Source: an uncultured Chloroflexia bacterium
GTDB lineage: Bacteria > Chloroflexota > Limnocylindria > QHBO01
Length of the DNA: 64,000 nt
Assembly: GCA_963827475.1 (NCBI GenBank)
Contig: CAWHAZ010000004.1
Coordinates: 96,001 to 160,000 of the forward strand
Direction: 5' to 3'
A program made the translations under genes and the position numbers. Every line of letters begins with the position of its first letter. The first letter of the stretch is position 1. Shown one piece after another: positions 60,321-64,000 of the stretch. Under the pieces are notes generated by a model that searched no databases, had not been told where the DNA came from, and saw nothing but the letters and a program-made list of their open reading frames with translations.

Positions 60321-61661
60321 TCACTCCGAGTAGATCATCTCCCGCACCGCGCTGATCTCGCGCCGCAGCTCGTCGTTGTCCTGCATCTCGCGGTTGATCT
60401 TGTCGCAGGCATGGAGCACGGTGGAGTGGTCGCGCCCGCCGAGCTCGGCGCCGATCCGGAGCAATGAGATATCGGTCTCCTCGCGGATGAGGTACATCGC
60501 GATCTGGCGCGGCACGACGATCGCCTTTTCCCGCTTGCTGCTCCGCAGCTGGTCCAGGTTGACCCCGTAGTAGTCGGCCACCACCCGGACGATCCGCTGC
60601 GGCGTGATCGAGCGCTTGCGCGGGTTGTACATGACGTTTGAGAGGACCGCCGACGCCAGCTCGATGTTGATCGGCGCGCCGCTCATGGAGGCGTAGGCCA
60701 GGACCCGGTTCAGCGCCCCCTCCAGCTCACGGACGTTGCTCACCACCTTGCGAGCGATGAAGTCGATGACCTCCGATGGGATGAGGTGGAGCTGCTCCTC
60801 GGCCTTGGAGCGGAGGATCGCGATCCGGGTCTCGAGGTCCGGCGGGGTCAGGTCGGCGATGAGCCCCATCTCGAACCGCGAGCGAAGCCGCTCCTCGAGG
60901 GTGGTGATCGCCTTCGGTGGGCGGTCCGAGGACAGGACGATCTGCTTGCCGACCTCGTGGATCGCGTTGAACGTATGGAAGAACTCCTCCTGGGTCCGCT
61001 CCCGCTCGGCGATGAACTGGATGTCGTCGATGAGCAGGACGTCGATACGCCGGTATCGGCTCCGGAAGTCCTCCATCTTCTGCTCGCGGATGGAGTTGAT
61101 GAAGTCGTTGGTGAACTTCTCGCTGGTGGCGTACAGGATCCGCTTGCGCGGGAACTTGGCGGCCACCGCATGACCGATGGCGTGCATGAGGTGGGTCTTG
61201 CCCAGCCCCACCCCGCCGTACAGGAACAACGGGTTGTAGGCGTGGCCCGGCCGCTCGGCGACCGACAGGGCGGCGGCATGGGCCAGTCGGTTCGCGCTGC
61301 CGACGATGAAGTTCGAGAACGTGTAGCGGGCGTTGAGGTTGACCGCGTTTCCGCTGGGCGTGGAGGCCGGGACCGGCGTCAGCTCGTCGCTTGACTGCTC
61401 GGGGGCGGGCCCTGGCGCGTCCGCGACCACGAACTCGACGCGGACCGAGCGGCCCACGACCCGGGCCAGGGTCTGGCTGACCAGGGTCCGGTAGCGGTTG
61501 TCGAGCCAGTCACGGGTGAACCCGTTGGGAGCCGAGATGCGGAACAGGTGCTCGTCGATCTCCTCGAGGGAGGTGTCCTTCAGCCACGTCTCGAAGTTGG
61601 CGGCCGAAAGGCTCACCTGCAGCTCGCCGAGGACGGCGCGCCACACCTGCTTCGCATCCAT
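60321..61661 (-). CDS. dnaA: chromosomal replication initiator DnaA
   Basis: YTFSNFIVG, YNPLFLYGGVGLGKTHL, LLIDDIQF, FFHTFN, GGRDHSTV; GGAGG SD. Confidence 0.98.
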   Translation of the reverse strand: MDAKQVWRAVLGELQVSLSAANFETWLKDTSLEEIDEHLFRISAPNGFTRDWLDNRYRTLVSQTLARVVGRSVRVEFVVADAPGPAPEQSSDELTPVPASTPSGNAVNLNARYTFSNFIVGSANRLAHAAALSVAERPGHAYNPLFLYGGVGLGKTHLMHAIGHAVAAKFPRKRILYATSEKFTNDFINSIREQKMEDFRSRYRRIDVLLIDDIQFIAERERTQEEFFHTFNAIHEVGKQIVLSSDRPPKAITTLEERLRSRFEMGLIADLTPPDLETRIAILRSKAEEQLHLIPSEVIDFIARKVVSNVRELEGALNRVLAYASMSGAPINIELASAVLSNVMYNPRKRSITPQRIVRVVADYYGVNLDQLRSSKREKAIVVPRQIAMYLIREETDISLLRIGAELGGRDHSTVLHACDKINREMQDNDELRREISAVREMIYSE

Positions 61662-61782
61662 TTCGACAGACGCCTCCAGGCCGGCCAAGCGAGTGCCAGG
61701 ACCGGGCGAAATCCAAGATTCTGGTGCTCCTCCGGGGCGGGCACGGCCCGTGGGCTGGGCGTCTGGCTCCGGGGGTCGGCGT

Positions 61783-61811
61783 AGTCTACGCCACCCCGAT
61801 GGGCAGGGCAA
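61783..61811 (-). promoter_or_regulatory. probable dnaA promoter
   Basis: Minus-strand TTGCCC-N17-TAGACT; the -10 sits inside the palindrome GGCGTAG-T-CTACGCC (61778-61792). Confidence 0.5.
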
Positions 61812-61955
61812 CGATTCTTGGCCGCGTGGGTTAGAATCGCCGCCACGCGACGCCCAACCGCCAACGTTGCACCGAAGAGGCTGGCGAAGAGCCAGCCTCA
61901 CGCATGTTCCGCGGACCGGCGCCGCTCTGGCTGAACAGAGGGTGAGCCCACGACG

Positions 61956-62090
61956 ATGAAACGGACCTATCAGCCCAAGAAGCGCGCCCGGAAGCGGAAT
62001 CACGGCTTTCGCGCCCGCATGGCTTCCAAGGGCGGTCGTCGCGTGCTGGCCCGCCGCCGGGCGAAGGGGCGCAGCCGGCTGAGCGCCTGA
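61956..62090 (+). CDS. rpmH: 50S ribosomal protein L34
   Basis: [44 protein letters not shown] (44 aa; absent from the ORF track). Confidence 0.97.
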   Translation: MKRTYQPKKRARKRNHGFRARMASKGGRRVLARRRAKGRSRLSA

Positions 62091-62107
62091 TCCCGGAGGC
62101 CACGCCC

Positions 62108-62446
62108 ATGCCGGCCTTCCCGACGCTTCGTCGCCGGGCCGACTTCGAGGCGGTGGTGCGCTCCGGGAGCGTCAGCGCCACTCGGCTGCTCGTCCTGCGG
62201 GCCCGACGAACGGAAGGGCCGACGACCCGTATCGGCCTGGCAACACCGGCCTCCCTGGGAGGGGCCGTCGAACGGAATCGAGTACGACGCCGCATGCGTG
62301 AGCTGGTCCGGGCGCGCCACGGCGAGATGGGAGCGGGCTGGGACCTGCTGGTGATCATGAAACCTGCGGCTGCCGCCGCGACGTTTGCCGAGCTGGGCGC
62401 CGCCCTGGACGCGGCGCTGGCCCGTGCCGGGGTCTCCGGGGAGTGA
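62108..62446 (+). CDS. rnpA: ribonuclease P protein component
   Basis: [25 protein letters not shown]; follows rpmH. Confidence 0.93.
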   Translation: MPAFPTLRRRADFEAVVRSGSVSATRLLVLRARRTEGPTTRIGLATPASLGGAVERNRVRRRMRELVRARHGEMGAGWDLLVIMKPAAAAATFAELGAALDAALARAGVSGE

Positions 62447-62450
62447 CCGC

Positions 62451-62657
62451 GTGCGGATGATCGGCCTCGGGCTGATCCGGGCGTACCAGGTGCTCACCTT
62501 CTGGATGCCGCCCACCTGCCGCTACACCCCTTCGTGCTCGGCCTACACCTACCAGGCGATCGAGCGCTACGGCTTCTTCCGGGGCTCGTGGATGGGCGCC
62601 AAGCGGATCGCTCGCTGCCATCCCCTCCACCCCGGCGGCTACGACCCGGTTCGCTAG
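62451..62657 (+). CDS. yidD: membrane protein insertion efficiency factor YidD
   Basis: [26 protein letters not shown]. Confidence 0.93.
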   Translation: MRMIGLGLIRAYQVLTFWMPPTCRYTPSCSAYTYQAIERYGFFRGSWMGAKRIARCHPLHPGGYDPVR

Positions 62658-62669
62658 GAACCGCCGCCC

Positions 62670-63767
62670 ATGTTTGGCATCGAGTCGTTCAACCCGCCGT
62701 GGGACGTCATCTTCCTTCCCCTGTTCAACGCGCTGATCGGGCTGTACGAGCTCCTCTTCGACGACCTCGCCCTGGCGATCATCGTCCTCACCATCATCAT
62801 CCGCACGCTGCTGGCGCCGTTGTTCATCCGCCAGATCCGCTCGCAGAAGGAGATGCAGCGGATGTCGCCGCTGGTCAAAGAGATCCAGCGGAAGCACAAG
62901 GGCAACCAACGAAAGATCAGCGAGGAGACGGCCGCCCTCTACCGCGAGCACAACGTGAACATGTTCGGCGGGTGCCTGCCGCTCGTCCTCCAGCTGCCCA
63001 TCCTGTTCGCCCTGTACCAGGCCCTGACCCGGGCCTCCAGCATCATCACCTTCCAGCCGAGCGAGGAGCAGCAGGCCAGCTTCACGACTTTCCTGGACGC
63101 CACCCCCGCGATCGAGCCGCTGGGCAACAACATGTACCAGATCCCGATCGACGGCTCATGCGCCGTCCCATCGGACTTCCAGCAGTTCCTGCCACTGAAC
63201 TGCCAGCTCATCACCCCGTTGAAGCTCGACGCGCCGGTGGACACCGTCGTCGAGTGGCTGACCAACCCGTTCACCGGCGTATCGCTGAACCTGGCGACCG
63301 TGGACCAGGCGTTCTCGATCTTCCTGTTCGGCAGCTTCGCCATCTCGATGCTGGCGGTGATCGCCGGCATCCTCCAGTTCGTCCAGGTTCGGATGACGTC
63401 GCCACGGAACATGGGCGACGATCCGACCGCCGCCACCACCCAGACCATGACCTACCTGTTCCCGATCATGACCGTGGTCTGGGGCGGCATCTTCCCCAGC
63501 GGCCTGGTCCTGTACTGGGGCGTGTACACCGCCTACCTGATCATCCAGCAGTACCTGATCATGGGCTGGGGCAATCTCTTCCCGCTCTTCGGCTGGCAGC
63601 CGAGATGGGCGCCGGCACCCGACGCCGGTGACCTCGCTGCGACTCGGCCGAAGAGCCCCACACCACCTCCGACCAATGGAAGTCCGACGACGCCCGAGCC
63701 CGCCCGGCCCGGTGGTCAGCGACGCTCCGGTCGGCGACGACGCGGCCGGGAGGGCCGAAGACGATGA
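62670..63767 (+). CDS. yidC: membrane protein insertase YidC/Oxa1
   Basis: AIIVLTIIIR..PL, LYREHNVN..GGCLPLVLQLPI, PSGLVLYW. Confidence 0.95.
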   Translation: MFGIESFNPPWDVIFLPLFNALIGLYELLFDDLALAIIVLTIIIRTLLAPLFIRQIRSQKEMQRMSPLVKEIQRKHKGNQRKISEETAALYREHNVNMFGGCLPLVLQLPILFALYQALTRASSIITFQPSEEQQASFTTFLDATPAIEPLGNNMYQIPIDGSCAVPSDFQQFLPLNCQLITPLKLDAPVDTVVEWLTNPFTGVSLNLATVDQAFSIFLFGSFAISMLAVIAGILQFVQVRMTSPRNMGDDPTAATTQTMTYLFPIMTVVWGGIFPSGLVLYWGVYTAYLIIQQYLIMGWGNLFPLFGWQPRWAPAPDAGDLAATRPKSPTPPPTNGSPTTPEPARPGGQRRSGRRRRGREGRRR

Positions 63768-64000
63768 CCTTCAAGGAATTTTCCGGTAAGAACGTCGAGG
63801 AAGCGATCCGCGCCGCCATGAAAGAGTTCGGCGCGGACCTGGGCGACCTCGACATCGAGATCCTGTCCCAGGGCAGCCGCGGCATCCTGGGCGTGGGCAC
63901 TGACGAGGCTCGGATCCTCGCTGCCCCCAAATCCGCGGTGGCCGAGGCGACCAGCGTGCGGGCTGACGCTCCGCCCGAGCCCGCAGCCGAGCCCGCAGCC
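63764..64000 (+). CDS. jag: Jag/EloR (KhpB) RNA-binding protein, 5' partial
   Basis: ATGA-coupled; MTFKEFSGKNVEEAI..DIEILSQGSRGILGVG (Jag_N domain). Confidence 0.88.
   Translation, partial: MTFKEFSGKNVEEAIRAAMKEFGADLGDLDIEILSQGSRGILGVGTDEARILAAPKSAVAEATSVRADAPPEPAAEPAA

Overview
A high-GC (roughly 70%+ by eye) bacterial chromosomal segment. It is most likely Chloroflexota, possibly Limnocylindria/Ellin6529-like (inferred from gene content and protein signatures), and it ends at the replication origin (recF-dnaN-oriC-dnaA / rpmH-rnpA-yidD-yidC-jag). No mobile elements, CRISPR arrays, rRNA or tRNA genes were seen. The standout is an unusual respiratory complex I locus (18.7-35.3 kb). nuoI appears split in two: its N-half is fused to a degenerate NuoE, and its C-half is fused to the end of a NuoG-N-terminus/GltD-like FAD protein, with a degenerate HydB-type NuoF between them. 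This suggests a complex I whose NADH input has decayed and been replaced by an NADPH-type flavoprotein. Other notable items are an ArsR-headed ino1/PIP-synthase/two-acyltransferase/PHP/PimA inositol-glycolipid operon, a glucosylglycerate operon with a USP-USP-GpgS fusion and a catalytically dead ATP-ligase-fold protein, a leader-peptide attenuator ahead of an ABC-exporter/tandem-GNAT operon, a Ser-for-Cys sortase, a Walker-A-dead ABC ATPase, and a 1532-aa double GT-C mannosyltransferase. About eight single-base frameshifts, several in housekeeping genes, look like long-read assembly errors rather than biology.
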